A stretch of 64,000 nt of DNA from the human T2T-CHM13v2.0 reference genome, Homo sapiens. The position numbers and the translations under genes were made by a program. Shown here piece by piece: positions 52,064 through 64,000 of the stretch (its first letter is position 1; every line of letters begins with the position of its first letter). The stretch lies in the NCBI RefSeq assembly GCF_009914755.1, contig NC_060937.1; one strand, given 5' to 3'. The notes beneath the pieces were generated by a model. That model made no database searches. It saw only the letters and a program-made list of their open reading frames with translations, and had not been told where the DNA came from.

Positions 52064-52174
52064 CTTAAATGCTTGGGCTCCTACAGCTGTCTTCATTCTT
52101 CATGCTTATATCCCACTGATGGAGAAGGAGCTTTTGATTCCCTTCCTGCCATCTTTTCTTCCATTTCTGTAACA
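52064..52174 (-). pseudogene. Pseudo-exon (111 nt, phase 2/2)
   Basis: Acceptor TTTTCCAG|T; VTEMEEKMAGRESKAPSPSVGYKHEE*RQL*EPKHL; donor AAG|GCATGT; joins LKVLVLSP of the next exon in frame. Confidence 0.55.
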
Positions 52175-52679
52175 CTGGAAAATCAAGTAAGTCAATACTG
52201 TGCAAATTTAATTCCAGAGCAACTTTTTCCCATCAGGTGCCTGACAACTGGGCCTACTTGGGCCTAATTGGAGACTGACTTGCTGTGTCATCTGACCCTA
52301 TTTGATGGCATGTGTTAATACAAATGGCATGTCAGGGATAGGGAACTAAGCTAAGAATCACTTTACTTTCATCCAAGATGGATTAGAACTTGGTGAGCTC
52401 ACTTATTTCAGTGAAGCTTCTTGAGGACTGACAAGTCTCATAAAGAAACACATACCATTTATGTCATGACTAAAATATTACAGTGACTAGAACACCCCAC
52501 ACCATTGCTGAGTACTTCAAAATCACAAATATACTCTAAAGTAAGCCACTGGTCTTTAACATCAGACTGCATAGTCCATTACCAAAACATGGAGCCCAGA
52601 AAAAGGTATAAAGAAAGTTGTTTATTTTAGTCTCAAACTATTGTAATTCTTATGAAATTCACTCTGAATACAGACTCAG

Positions 52680-53505
52680 GAGAGCCTACTATACCGTATC
52701 ACTCTGCCATCTGCCGCTGCTCCAGATTCTCAAAGTGCAAGTGAGACCTTGTGCTTCTATGGGTGCCCACAAAGCAACTCATATCTGAGATCTGAGGGAC
52801 CACATCTACCTTTCCAGATTCTATGCACCTTCTCATTTCCTCTTCCCCTACTATCTTGTCAGTCCATAAAGGTTTCTCATTCTTCCGCTTAACCATTACC
52901 ACTTTAGAACAAAACCACCCTCTTCTCTCACTGGAGTGTCACTTTTCTGTGGTCATGAGTGTTTCTTTATCATTATTCTCTACATAGAGGTCAGATAATT
53001 TTTTTAGATGTAAATCCAGTTATGGCCCTCTTAAAATCATCTAATAAATTCCCATCCCTCTTAGAATTAGAATCAAATCCAAACTCTGCAAAACCCCAAA
53101 ACACTGTGTTCTGTGTTCTGGCCTCTTTCCGACCACTGTCCTCTTCAATGTACTCTTTCCAGTGACTTTCATGTGTTTCCTAAAACACATTTAGTTTTGT
53201 CCTTCTGTCCCTCAGTATCTTCCCTCTGAGGGTTATACTTCTCTCTGATGAGATAGCCCCTCATCATTTAGGTCTTTGTTCAAAGTCACTTTCTCATAAA
53301 AACATCCTACCAACTTTATCTGGAAGAGTATCCTTCCTCCTTGCCAGATATTCTAATTTCTTGAAGAAATAATCATTTTATGAATTGTTTTCATATTTGT
53401 TAACTTCTTAAGGCATAAACATTACATGGTTCACTACTGTACCTCTAGCAACAAAGTAATATCTAGCATGTAATAGGAGCTCAATACTATTTGAATGAAG
53501 GAATG
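52680..53505 (+). mobile_element. L2 3' region
   Basis: AACTCATATCTGAG...CCCTCTTAGAATTAGAATCAAATCCAAAC...TAGGAGCTCAATACTATTTGAATGAAGGAATG. Confidence 0.8.
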
Positions 53506-53647
53506 CCCACTTCCCACTCCTAATCTCTGTACTATCTTCTCCATTTAAGCTGAGGTGATCAGTTATTCCAGTTTCCGTCTTTTCTTTGTTTTGTTTTGTT
53601 TTGTTTTATGTTTTTCCTGGATGAAGCTGGAGGAAGATTTTAGATAC

Positions 53648-53742
53648 CGGGAAGGGAAAGAAAGGATGAAAGGAAGGAAGGAAAAATGGAAGGGAAAGAG
53701 AGAGAAAGAAGGAAGAAGCAAGGGAGGGAAGGAAGAAAGAAA
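53648..53742. repeat. GA-rich low-complexity tract
   Basis: Directly visible (GGAA, GAAA units). Confidence 0.9.
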
Positions 53743-54284
53743 TTCTGATTAGAAACTTCAGAGTTTAATTGGGCAATTTATACAAGAAGGGGGTAAACCT
53801 CCTAGCATATTTTTAATATTTTCTAATACAAAAAAATTCTTCCTCTTTATTCACTGGTTTTAGTTGCATTACAGAAGGTTCCCTTGAATTTTCTTGCTTG
53901 TTCAGTTCTGTATTCAAAGAAAGGCAGTGGGGATTATCCTGTGCACCCAGACCTCAAGCCCTCAGGCTCATAGATGCCACATAGACGTTAAAGAAAAAGG
54001 AAAGTTATTACAGCCTCAAAAGCTAAGATATTTTAAAGGAACTAGGAGAATGGACTGGGAAATATTGAGATATGGAAAAGAGTAGGTAGAGCAGAAAAAC
54101 TTGCTGAGTGATGGACATGGACACTGAGAGTGTGGAATCAAAGAGTTGTAGGTGTTTTGCTTGATAAATCGGTTAATATTGGAATAATTTTGTAGATGAA
54201 AAGTTGGAGAAAAGGTCGGTTAGGAGAATGCTTTTAAATATATGGTTCTATATTTGTGATGTCTATTAGAAATGGAAATATTAA

Positions 54285-54913
54285 TGTTGATGAAAAGAGT
54301 CAAACTCTGTAAAATATTTGAAGAGATTTATTCTGAACCAAATATGAGTGATGAATGGCTCATGACACAGCCCTACAGCCTTCAGGAGATCTTGAGAACT
54401 TGTGCCCAAGGTGGTATGGCTACAACTTGGTTTTATACATTTTAGGGGCATAAGACATAAATCAATACATGTAAGATATATATTGGAGGATCAGGGGTTG
54501 GGGAGGGTGGGAGGGTGGAGTGTTGGGGAGAGTGCAGGAAGGCTCCTAGGTCATAGATTTTCTGATTGGCAATTGGTTAAAATAGTTGTTATCTAAAGAC
54601 CTGGAATCAACAGAAGGGAATCTCTGGGTTACAATAAGGCATTGTAGAGACCAAGGTTTTATCATGCACATGAAGCTTTCTTGTAGCAGGCTTTAGAGAG
54701 AATAGATTATAAACATTAATATTTCTTATCAGACTTGAAGAATCTGTTCTATCCATAATTACAAAAGTGAGAAGGATATAATGAGGGCTGTCTAGCTCCC
54801 CCTTCCCATCATGGCCTGAACTAGTTTTTCAGGTTAGTTTTGTAATGCCTTTGGTCAAGAGAAGGGGCTCGTTTAGATGGTTGTAGGGATTAGAATTTTA
54901 TTTTTGGTTTACA
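54285..54913 (-). mobile_element. MER4 (A1/B-like) ERV1 solo LTR
   Basis: TGTTGATGAAAAGAGTCAAACTCTGTAAAATATTTGAAGAG...TTTTTGGTTTACA; 4-bp TSD TTAA/TTAA. Confidence 0.93.
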
Positions 54914-55411
54914 TTAAGTTGGTGGTCAAAGGTATGATTCTAGGTTAGGGCAGACAGAAAGAATAAAAATAATCGATAAGGTATAGAATGTTTTGCAAAC
55001 CAAAAGCATGTGAGATCACCTTTATGATTTCAACCCAATCATGTCCATTGCATTATATCATAACATATTTTTAAGAGCCATTGTATTACCCTAATATAAA
55101 ATTTACATGCTAAATATCCTTTTATATCCATAGTTGTTAAATCTATACTACTTTAATAAGTATAAAGAAGAAATAAAAATAATTTAATTTATATTATTTA
55201 ATATACATTTCAATATCAAATGTTCAGATATGGCTATACTAAATATACCTTATCATATATAAGTTCATAGTTGAATAAGTGAGACAATATTCCATTTAAA
55301 AATGGTCACAATTTTTTTTCTATTTAACATTTAAAATAAGAGGAGAGAAGAAGGATTTGGAGGTCGATGTTTGATATTAATATACTTCAAAATCAGAAGA
55401 TAAAGTAAAAT

Positions 55412-55900
55412 TGTATTTTAGTTTCCTATTACTGCTGCTAAGAAATTACCAAAAACTTAGTGATTTAAAACAACACAAATTTGTTTCTTTTAGTTCCAGA
55501 TATCAGATATCCCAAATCAAGGTTTTGGTAGGGCTGCTTTCTTTTCCGAGGCTTCAAGGGAGAATCTGTTTCCTTGCTTCCATATTCTAAAGGTCACTTG
55601 CGTTCTGTGGCTCACAGATTCTTCCTCACACACACCAATCTTTTGCTTCACTCCAACCTCTTCTTCATTGTCAACATCTCCCACTGTCTGACTCTGCCTC
55701 CTCTTGTATCCTTTTGTTAAGTATCCTGTGAGTACAGTGGGCCCACATCCACATGAATATTCCAGGATAATTTTCCCATCTCAAGATTCTTAACTTGATT
55801 ACAACTGCAATGTCTTTTTTGCCATGTAACATTCACAGGTTCTGGAAATTAAGACATGAATATCTTTGGAACAGGGAGGGGCACATTATTCAGCTCACCA
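55412..55900 (-). mobile_element. MLT1C/D-type MaLR LTR
   Basis: TGTATTTTAGTTTCCTATT...TTAAAACAACACAAATTT...ATTCACAGGTTCTGG...ATTATTCAGCTCACCA. Confidence 0.88.
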
Positions 55901-55904
55901 GTTT

Positions 55905-56440
55905 TTGTTCTGGTAGCTTCTATTTTCCTCAATTAAAAAAAAAGTGAGATCATCCAATGAAAGTGAGAATAGGGAGACAGATTATAAGAGGTTCAAAGAA
56001 AGAAGAGAAGGTGTGAAAACATCAACTCAGAGAGTGGAAAAGGAATTGACCTAGTGAACAGAGTAAAAATACTTGTTGTTTCAAGGACCACCTCAAATTA
56101 GAATCATTAATTTAAAATAGGGCCATTACCACAGTGTAATAGGCCTCCAGCCTCACTAATCTTCTTGAATGCTGGTGAATAGTCAGGAGACAGCTGGGCT
56201 TAACAGGATTGGAGTTTACCAGATTAATGCTGCAGAAGGAAAGGGATGCTAAACTGAATTTAAAAGAAAAGGAATAGATAGGACATATAGACAGTGGGAA
56301 AGTAATAGGGTCAGTCAGTGATCACAATTGGTGGGAGATGGTTGGAATGTGGGGCCATCAAAGATGAACTATGCAAAATTGCAATATGGAAGGTATTAAA
56401 GTTTTGATCATGATGAGGTCTAAGTTATAGCCATGCAAAA
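55905..56440 (-). mobile_element. L2 fragment
   Basis: Purine-rich degenerate L2 ORF2 sequence. Confidence 0.5.
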
Positions 56441-56577
56441 GAAGATAACTACTCTACCCCTAGGCTTTGCATATCTGAAGTATATGTTAATAGCCATGTA
56501 CCATAACTGCCATTATAAAAACCATAAACAAAAATACCTGTGGAAAAGCAGTGACTTTAGGAGAATGATTTGAAATA

Positions 56578-56603
56578 CAAAAAAAAAAAAAAAAAAAAAA
56601 AAA
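56578..56603. repeat. Poly-A tract
   Basis: About 26 A, no adjacent SINE body recognised. Confidence 0.95.
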
Positions 56604-56649
56604 CAGATTAATGGAATGTTTACGGAATAAATTATGTATATAGGTTTCA

Positions 56650-57026
56650 AAGGCTGGGATTTGTTTTCCAACAATACCTATGTTGAAGTCCTAACCCCCA
56701 GGACCTCAGAATGTGATTGCATTTGAAGATAGGATTTTTAAAGAGGTAATTAAGTTAAAACGAAATCGTTATTGTGGGCCCCGATTCAGTATGATTAGCA
56801 CCTTTATTAGAAGAGGAAATTTGGATACAGTTATAGAGAGAAGACCATGTGAAGAGACAGGAAGAAGATGGCCATCTATAAGCTAAGGAAAAAGGCCTCA
56901 GAAGAAATCAGTTTGGAAACACCTTGATCTCAGATTTCTAGCCTCCAGAATTGAGGGAAAAAAGATTGATGTTTAAGCCATGCAGTTTGTGGCACTTTGT
57001 GATGGTGGTCCTGGAAAACAAATACA
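56650..57026 (+). mobile_element. MLT1A/B-type MaLR LTR
   Basis: ATGTTGAAGTCCTAACCCCCAGGACCTCAGAATGTGA...GCCTCCAGAA...AAACAAATACA. Confidence 0.9.
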
Positions 57027-58639
57027 ATCTGAGTTCCAGAGGATGTGGTCAACGGGTTTGATGAGTTGAGATGGGGAGTGATCAGATCATGAGTCAAATT
57101 ACAGAACAAGCAGAAAAAGAATGGAGATAGGAATATGGTGATGTTAAATGACCTATAAAACTCAAACTTCTTGTATTTACTGAAGAAAACAGAAATACAG
57201 GATATACCAGGATTAAACCTGGTGGTCTTTTATGAAAAGAATACTACTTAACTCGAAGTATGGTTTGCATCATGGAATTAATCTTTTAGATAGTAGTGAA
57301 GAGGCAAGAATTTTTAAGGATATTAACAGTCTTATCACTACATGATTATTAATTCATAATACATTGGAAAAGAAGGATTTCTGATAAACAGTAAACTAGT
57401 AGCTTTTTAATTTGATGACATAGCTAAAGAAATGAGTGATGCTGACAAAATTTTCTGTAGAATGTAGGACTAACCAAGTCCAATTAAGAAAAAAGCCAAA
57501 GAAATAGAGCACATGACACACAGTGCCGTATGTATATATATATATAGAGAGAGAGAGAAATCTTAAATACTTGCTGAAGAAAACAGCACATCAATTAGTG
57601 CCACTGGAAATAGCCAGACTGAATTATGAAGAAATGTCAGGAGTGGAAAATAAGAGAAAGTTTAAGTCGGTCATTTAATTCACGTACAATTGTGATACAC
57701 TGCAAACAAAAGCCCTGAGAAAAACAGCACAGTGTAGGAGAGTAAAGTCATTGGAAATCACAGACCCACTTTTCAGATAATGAGACCCAGATTTATAATT
57801 GGGAGCTGCATTTTCTGCAATTTTCTGAGGGAATATCTTTTTAACTTTCAGCAACTGAGGGTATTGGCAAGTACTTGACAACTCATATCTTAATAAGCAA
57901 GAAAGACCAGCCAATCAATAAACTGTGAAATGACAAATATTAGCAATTAGTGTTGAGTCTAAACTGTAGCCACATCAGAAGGTAAATACTCTCCCAAGCA
58001 TTGCTCTTTAAGTACTGGTAATATGTACAGGCTTTGATGTTGTATTCCAAATACAGTGAGCCTCAGCCTAGAGACTCTTGCATTAATCACGGCTTACTAC
58101 CCTAACCAATATATAGTGGCATCAGACTTTTGACATAGCAACTTTCTAATCACTAGGGAAATTAGCAGCATTTTCTTTTGTGTTGCTTGCAGTTCCATTA
58201 ACTCCTACTTGAATCTATTTTGTTTCTGTTTTGTTTATTACACATATATAGCAGGTACTTAACGTTGCTTCATTATTCAGGATAAATGTCCATCTTTGTT
58301 TCTCCTTCTTGCCGTACATGAAAGAAACAGTATATAAAGAGAGGCTTGAGTTTCCTCCTTGAATTTACCACATACATAAAAGAGAAGATGAAGTTGTCCT
58401 TAACTTTTCTAGAAGAACTTTATGACTAAATGGTCACCAAGCAGGAGAAATTATACTAATTAATGTGGCAAAATTCAAAAGCTGTAGCCAACAACTATAA
58501 GGAATAAGTGAAGTTAATATTGTTGGAGTTTAAGCTGTTAATAGAAAGCAAAAAGTGCTCAGTTTTCCATTTGTGAAATGGGGAGCTTAGAGTAGTGAAT
58601 ATAAAATAAATAGATAAATAAAACTAACTTTCAGAGGAA

Positions 58640-58865
58640 GGTCTTAGAGAATGATGTCTAAGAGGAAGAGCCATAGGATTATACAGAGCTCTATCACTTT
58701 ATAGCTTTGTACATTTAATTCACTAAATTTCTTCATTTCTAAAATGTGGACAGTAATAAATATGCCTTGTATAGTTCTATAAGGATTAAATTAGAGTATA
58801 AGAAGCATTTATAACAAAGCCTCAGACATCATAACATCCAATAAATATTAGCAGTGTTAGTTGTG
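58640..58865 (+). mobile_element. MIR
   Basis: TTCTTCATTTCTAAAATG...AGGATTAAATTAGA...CAATAAATATTAGC. Confidence 0.65.
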
Positions 58866-59382
58866 ATTATTATCATAATTATAAATAATTTTACTAATAT
58901 TTATTGCATTTCTACCATGTGAAAAGTGATTACAATAAAAAGCAATTTATATATCTTAAGAGTGACAATCAATTTGAAAAGTTCAGTTTGAAATTTTATC
59001 ACCCAATTTTTCCCCCTCCGCCATTTTCACAACTCCAGTCTAACCACCTGAATGCAAAATTATACTCCTCAGCAATTTAAATTATGCCATTATTCCTTTG
59101 CTCATTTTTATCACAGATTTAAGCTCTACAGTGCTATGAAACCTGCAGACACAGAAGTTCATGATTTATGTATGTATTTGATAGCCTCACCCCTGACATC
59201 CTAGCCTCAAATCTAGACTCTTAAACTGCCTACTTAGCTCTGTTAACTGATTTTAATCTTGCATATTAGAGAAGTCATTCAAATGTTCTTAGGCATTATC
59301 ATCTTGGCACTTTAATTGAAATATATCTTTACATTTTAAAAAAAAGGAACATAACAGTGAATAAAAGCAGCCCTTTACTCAC

Positions 59383-59778
59383 ACAATGTATGCTAATGTT
59401 GACCCAACTGCTGTTGGCTTTTCAAAGGACTCCTGTGATTTCCTGGAATTTCCTGAACTCAGCACTTTGATGATCATGGATATTTTAACTTCATTGCTCT
59501 CCCAATTGCAAAGGAGCTTTTGACATTTGGATTTTGTGTTCATTTAATGGCAACTGCAATTAAAGCTTTCCCACATCAATGAGCTAACTTTCTAAGGCCA
59601 CTTCAAAGGGTGAATTCAATATTCACATTCCATGATGCTTATTGATCTGTGTGCTACTATTTGTGTGACTGGAAAACTACTCATTAGAAAATTTCCTGAT
59701 GCCATTGATACAGAATAGTGAACAGAACTAATTTCACTCAAGTATTCTGCATTTGTGTAATGAGAACATAGCTTAAGC
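59383..59778 (-). pseudogene. Candidate upstream pseudo-exon (396 nt, phase 2/2)
   Basis: Acceptor TTATTTAG|G, donor TGT|GTGAGT; 3 stops in 131 codons; phase compatible with the exon at 52174. Confidence 0.4.
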
Positions 59779-60355
59779 CTAAATAACACATTGGTTAACA
59801 TGAGGCATATATATAGGAAAAAAAAAAGCCAAAATCTCAGGCCTGACCAAACAATGCTTATTTAGAGAGGATGAGTATCCAAGCTGCAGTTATGGATCTC
59901 TGAGAGTGCATAGTCACTTCAGAATCACTTTTAAACATTCTCCCAAGAATCTGGAGATTCAGAAAGCTCAGAGCCAGAAGCCTTCCACTTGAGCCTCATG
60001 AACTCAAGTGGATTTAGGACTATGTGATACCCACCCCAGTTTCACATGGTAGAAGTGAGACATTGCCTTTTTTGAGTCCTATCGACATTTAACACTAGGT
60101 TTTTCTGTTGCTGGCACAAATATTTTCAATTTCAGTTTGATTTTTACCAGATAGAAAGACATAGAAAAAAAGTAAAACAAAGAACCCCAGAACAATTTAG
60201 GACTGCGTTGTTTAATGAGGACCTGCCCAGGATTATATCTACATATTAAAAAGTAGATGGGAGAATTATTATAACTCTCTAAGTATGCTGTTAAACAATT
60301 CGTCTTTGTTAAAACATCTATTCACATAATTTCCAAACTTTTTCCTAATGCATAC

Positions 60356-60932
60356 TGCCAGGTGAGGTATCAGAGCCCTGTCATCAGTAGGTGGTCAACT
60401 GGCGGGTTGGTAAAAAGAATTTACTGACAACAATATAGGTTTGAAAAAGGAAAGTTTATTGGAAAGAAAACGCTGCAGAAGAGTGCAGCATGGTGCCTCA
60501 GCAAGAGGGCTGAGCGTGCCATGGTGGATTTTTCATTAGGAACATTTATGGACCTTAAGGCAGGAGCTTAAGGGAAATTTGGACCATATTAGCCATGTAG
60601 GTCATGATAAGTGATTACATTTGTAGACATTTTGGTGCCTTAATGTCAGCAAGGGTTGAACAGTGAGTTTTGGCATGGCATTCGGGAGATGTATAGAAAT
60701 TCTAGTTACTTATAAATTTTACAGGGGCAGGGAAAGAAATCTGGAACCAGATGCCTGCTTTAGATAGTAGAGAAGTCTGATTACTTCTGATTTCCCCAGA
60801 TAAGGAGTTTTGACTTTGGATGGCCTGTTTGATAGTCACCAGGTGGTCTTTGCTCCCTTCTAAGTGCCTCAGATAAGGAATTTTTGTCTCCAGGGCCTGT
60901 TCAATGGCCACTAGGTGATTTTGCTCTCCTCA
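60356..60932 (-). mobile_element. ERV1 solo LTR
   Basis: TG...CA termini, internal duplicated unit (CAGATAAGGA...GGCCTGTT...AGGTG), AATAAA on the minus strand, 5-bp TSD CATAC/CATAC. Confidence 0.88.
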
Positions 60933-61494
60933 CATACCTAAAAAGAATCTTCTCAAATTATCCGGTCATCAGATGAGGAATGAAATGAAAGCTTTCACTC
61001 AGCTAACATTTTTTCCTAGGCTTGGTATCTTTTCATTCACCAAAGTAAAAAACTATTTTAATTACTTTTGGCATGTGTACTTCTATAAGCAAGAAATAAA
61101 AGAGAATATAGAATAATCAAAATCATTTGGAAATTCAGATCCCCTTTTTCTGGAGCCCTTTTTACTTCAAGAGAAAAAAAGGAGAATAGGTCAGTATCCT
61201 CAGATTCTGTGTCCTGAACTTGATGCAGTTGTGCTGAGAAAAAGCAATAAATTTTCGCTCATACTTAAGTAGGAAGGAAGTAAATATATAAAAGAAGAGG
61301 AGAGAATTAGATATATATTCCTGCCAGCTCATTCTTTGCCTCAGAGTACCCAGTGACAAGAAAGAAGCTGATTTTTGCTAATATTCTCTGTCTTTTCTAT
61401 TAATAGCTAATAAATTGCACAGTTGTTAAAGAGACATCAACAGGCGGTACACATTAGTGTTTTAATGTTGTTAAAAGTAGTAAATTTGTGAAAT

Positions 61495-62359
61495 TGTTAA
61501 AGGATTCCTTCAGTGCCACTTTGCCAGCCAGAAATCTCTGCGGCCACCGCTGCCTTTGTCTGGGCCTCACTCAGGGCCCACTGGACTCACTCCACCTGCT
61601 CGGCCTAGCAGGCTATGCTGAGCTTGTAACCCGGCCCAGATCCCTCACCTGCCATGGCTCTGTGCTCAGCCTGTGGCTGGACCAGATGAGCCACAAGTGG
61701 CTTCTGCCTTGGGTGCCAATGTCTAGATGAGAGAATGGGATAGCACTCAAAGAATAGGAGATGCCAGCAATCACAGAGACCCAAGGGGTGTTACAGCTCT
61801 TACTCAGGGAGTCCTGAGGTTTGAGCCCCCAAGAGATGTTGCAGCTCTTCGTTCTCGTAGTGTGGCAACCTGGCATGTGTCTTACAGCTCTTTTTGCACC
61901 CACTGTTCAACAGGTTCTGGGTCCTTGTCCCACAACCAAGTGGAATGAAATATTGGACACGGGAAAGTGAGCAAGGCAGACAAGAATTTTACTGAGTGAC
62001 AGAAAAGCTCTCAACATGTGAAGGGACCTGAAGCAGGTAGCCATCTGTGAGGCTGAGTCTGGAGTGATTATGGGCTTAGAATAGGGGAGTGTATACTGAT
62101 AAATCCGTGATTGGGCTTTGGAAAAACACCATTCCATTGGTTAAAAGGCATCATCCAGAAGGAACCAATACAATAGAGAGAAAGGGTAAGACAGGGATAG
62201 AGTTTCCCACTCTCTCTCGTCCTGGACTCTATCTAGAACTGGCAGGTTTTAAACTGTCTTTGGCTTGAAGGTTTTAAACTGTCTTTGGCTTGAAGGTCAG
62301 GTTTCACCAGTGACCTGTCCCTGTCTGACTAGGAATTTGTCTGTTTCATGTTGCTATCA
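61495..62359 (-). mobile_element. LTR27/LTR28/MER52-group ERV1 solo LTR
   Basis: Minus strand TGATAGC...CAGACAAATTCCTAG...GGTGAAACCTGACCTTCAAGCCAAAGACAG; 4-bp TSD AAAT/AAAT. Confidence 0.88.
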
Positions 62360-62394
62360 AAATGTAGCAGTAGTACAATTTTTGTAATTAGGTC

Positions 62395-62520
62395 CTCATA
62401 TGGTTTCTTGCAATTATGAGTTTGGTTGTTATCATCTCCTTTTACAGATAAGGACATTGAAATTCAGAATACTCAATGACTAGCCTTGGGTAAGCTGGCC
62501 AGTCAATGGCATAAATGGTA
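62395..62520 (-). mobile_element. MIR fragment
   Basis: ATCTCCTTTTACAGATAAGGACATTGA. Confidence 0.65.
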
Positions 62521-63031
62521 ATAGCAACAGATATTTTCATAGCTATGTGGGGCAAGATCATTATACACATGTAAGGAATATGCAAATTGTTGTACATGGA
62601 GAAAATATGGAGAAAAGGAGACAAGCAATTGTAATAGAATATACAATTTTTACCAAAATTATTTTTCTGTGTGTGTATGTGTGGAAAGAGAAATTGAGAA
62701 GCAATTAGAATAATAATTGTGTGTCTTGTTCTAGAAGACCAGAGAGGAAAAATAAACCAATAGGACCATAAAAGCAAAAGCAAAAAGAGTTGCTTCATAA
62801 GTTGAATGGTAATCGTCATAAAACAATAAATGTAATTCTGTTTCATTTTCATAGTCTATTCTATGAAAAGACTATTTTATCTAGGTAACAATACTGGACA
62901 TTTTTCAATACATGTTTTGAGTTTTTCCTTGTATGATTTGAAAACTAAATAATATGAACAAAGAAAACTCTCATTTAAGTAGACAATAAACTCTTAAGGT
63001 TTCTTTCTACTTACCATCTATCTAAATAATA

Positions 63032-63106
63032 TTAGATTGGTGCAAAAGTAATTGTGTTTTTTGCCATTGAAAGTAACCAAGACCAATTACTTTTGCACCA
63101 ACCTAA
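63032..63106. mobile_element. MADE1 (Hsmar1 MITE)
   Basis: TTAGATTGGTGCAAAAGTAATTG...CAATTACTTTTGCACCAACCTAA, TA TSD. Confidence 0.95.
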
Positions 63107-63304
63107 TATTAACAAAATATAACCATTTCTATCAACATATGAAATCATTTATATACATTTTATTAAACACAAATATAAATATTATTTATTAAGTCCCTCT
63201 CTGTAATTTTCTAATTATAACCAGATTTCTACATACCATTCTTCTAAGATGGACAGGTTGTGGGTAAATGATTTTGGGAGATAACTTACAAAATGAAAAA
63301 TATG

Positions 63305-64000
63305 ATTTATTCATTCACTTATTAAGTAATATTTCATGAATGCCTACCACATGATCAACATTGCGCTGGTTTCTAGAAATGTCAGAAACTAGAACATATG
63401 GTCTCTACCAAAAGTAGATCAGTAGAGGAGACAGATAATTGAACTGAAGATAGCTCTATAGTGTGATGCTTAGGATAACTGAGGCAAGTATCCTTACCCC
63501 TCATCTAGTTCACCACAAATTACTATTTACTCTGCCTTCAAAATGCATTATGAGTCTATCCACTTCTATTCCACCATTAGCAAATTACTCCAACCTTCTA
63601 CTAGCTCTCTTCTCAACTACTTCAATTGCCTCCTACCTGTTCTTCTACAGTGTGATGCTTAGGATAACTGAGGGAAGTACAGTGTGCAATGGAAGCATAC
63701 TAGAGAAATCTTAACCCAGACTGGAGAGATCAAGAGAGGCTTCCCCAGGAGACGATATCTGAGCATCTGAATCTTTATGAATGACAATGATGTAGCCAAG
63801 TATCATGGAGTAAGTTTTTGTGGGGAGAACCAAGATAGTATTGTAAGTCTCTAAAAATATTCTTAGGGTCATAGTCAAGGCATACTGAGTGCAGAGTGGC
63901 TAGATCAGGAAGGTCTGTGAGTGATATACTTTGTCTAGAACATTAGATATATAAGGAAAGATGAAAGGAGACCAAAATCCAATATTCAGATCACAAAGAG
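63305..64000 (-). mobile_element. L2 3' region carrying an inverted insertion
   Basis: TTCATTCAC...ATGCCTACCACATG...GGCTTCCCCAGGAG...TCTGAGC. Confidence 0.75.

Noticed and set aside
57675-57914. Minus-strand ORF of 79 aa as another pseudo-exon
   Set aside because: Contains a MIR-like core and has no convincing donor
60702-62137. ORFs in the 60.7-60.9 and 61.5-62.1 kb intervals
   Set aside because: They lie inside solo LTRs

Overview
Primate (human-like; AluJ/S/Y present), AT-rich genomic DNA with no intact protein-coding gene, RNA gene or CRISPR array. About half of it is recognisable interspersed repeat: L1, L2, MIR, Alu, ERV1/ERVL/MaLR solo LTRs, MER20, MER47, MER53 and MADE1. The main unexplained signal is a series of about 18 repeat-free, relatively GC-rich islands across nearly the whole window. 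Most are bounded on the MINUS strand by AG acceptors and GT donors, several adjacent pairs have compatible phases, and they translate (with stops and frameshifts) to protein-like sequence. By eye the translation contains two VIT + von Willebrand factor A (vWA) modules of the VWA5/PARP4/ITIH type, an N-terminal region with a weak NDT/SLOG-like motif, and an unassigned C-terminal region. I interpret this as the fossil of a large multi-exon gene (unprocessed, possibly unitary pseudogene) that I cannot name. Domain calls come from remembered motif patterns, not a search, and stop-codon density alone does not prove coding origin. Other points: an ancient-type L2 reverse transcriptase fossil with an intact YADDTQ, two templated-insertion repair scars, a rearranged L1, a ~1 kb A/T tract and a GAS-motif pair in an LTR. 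Repeat subfamily names and many boundaries are approximate.
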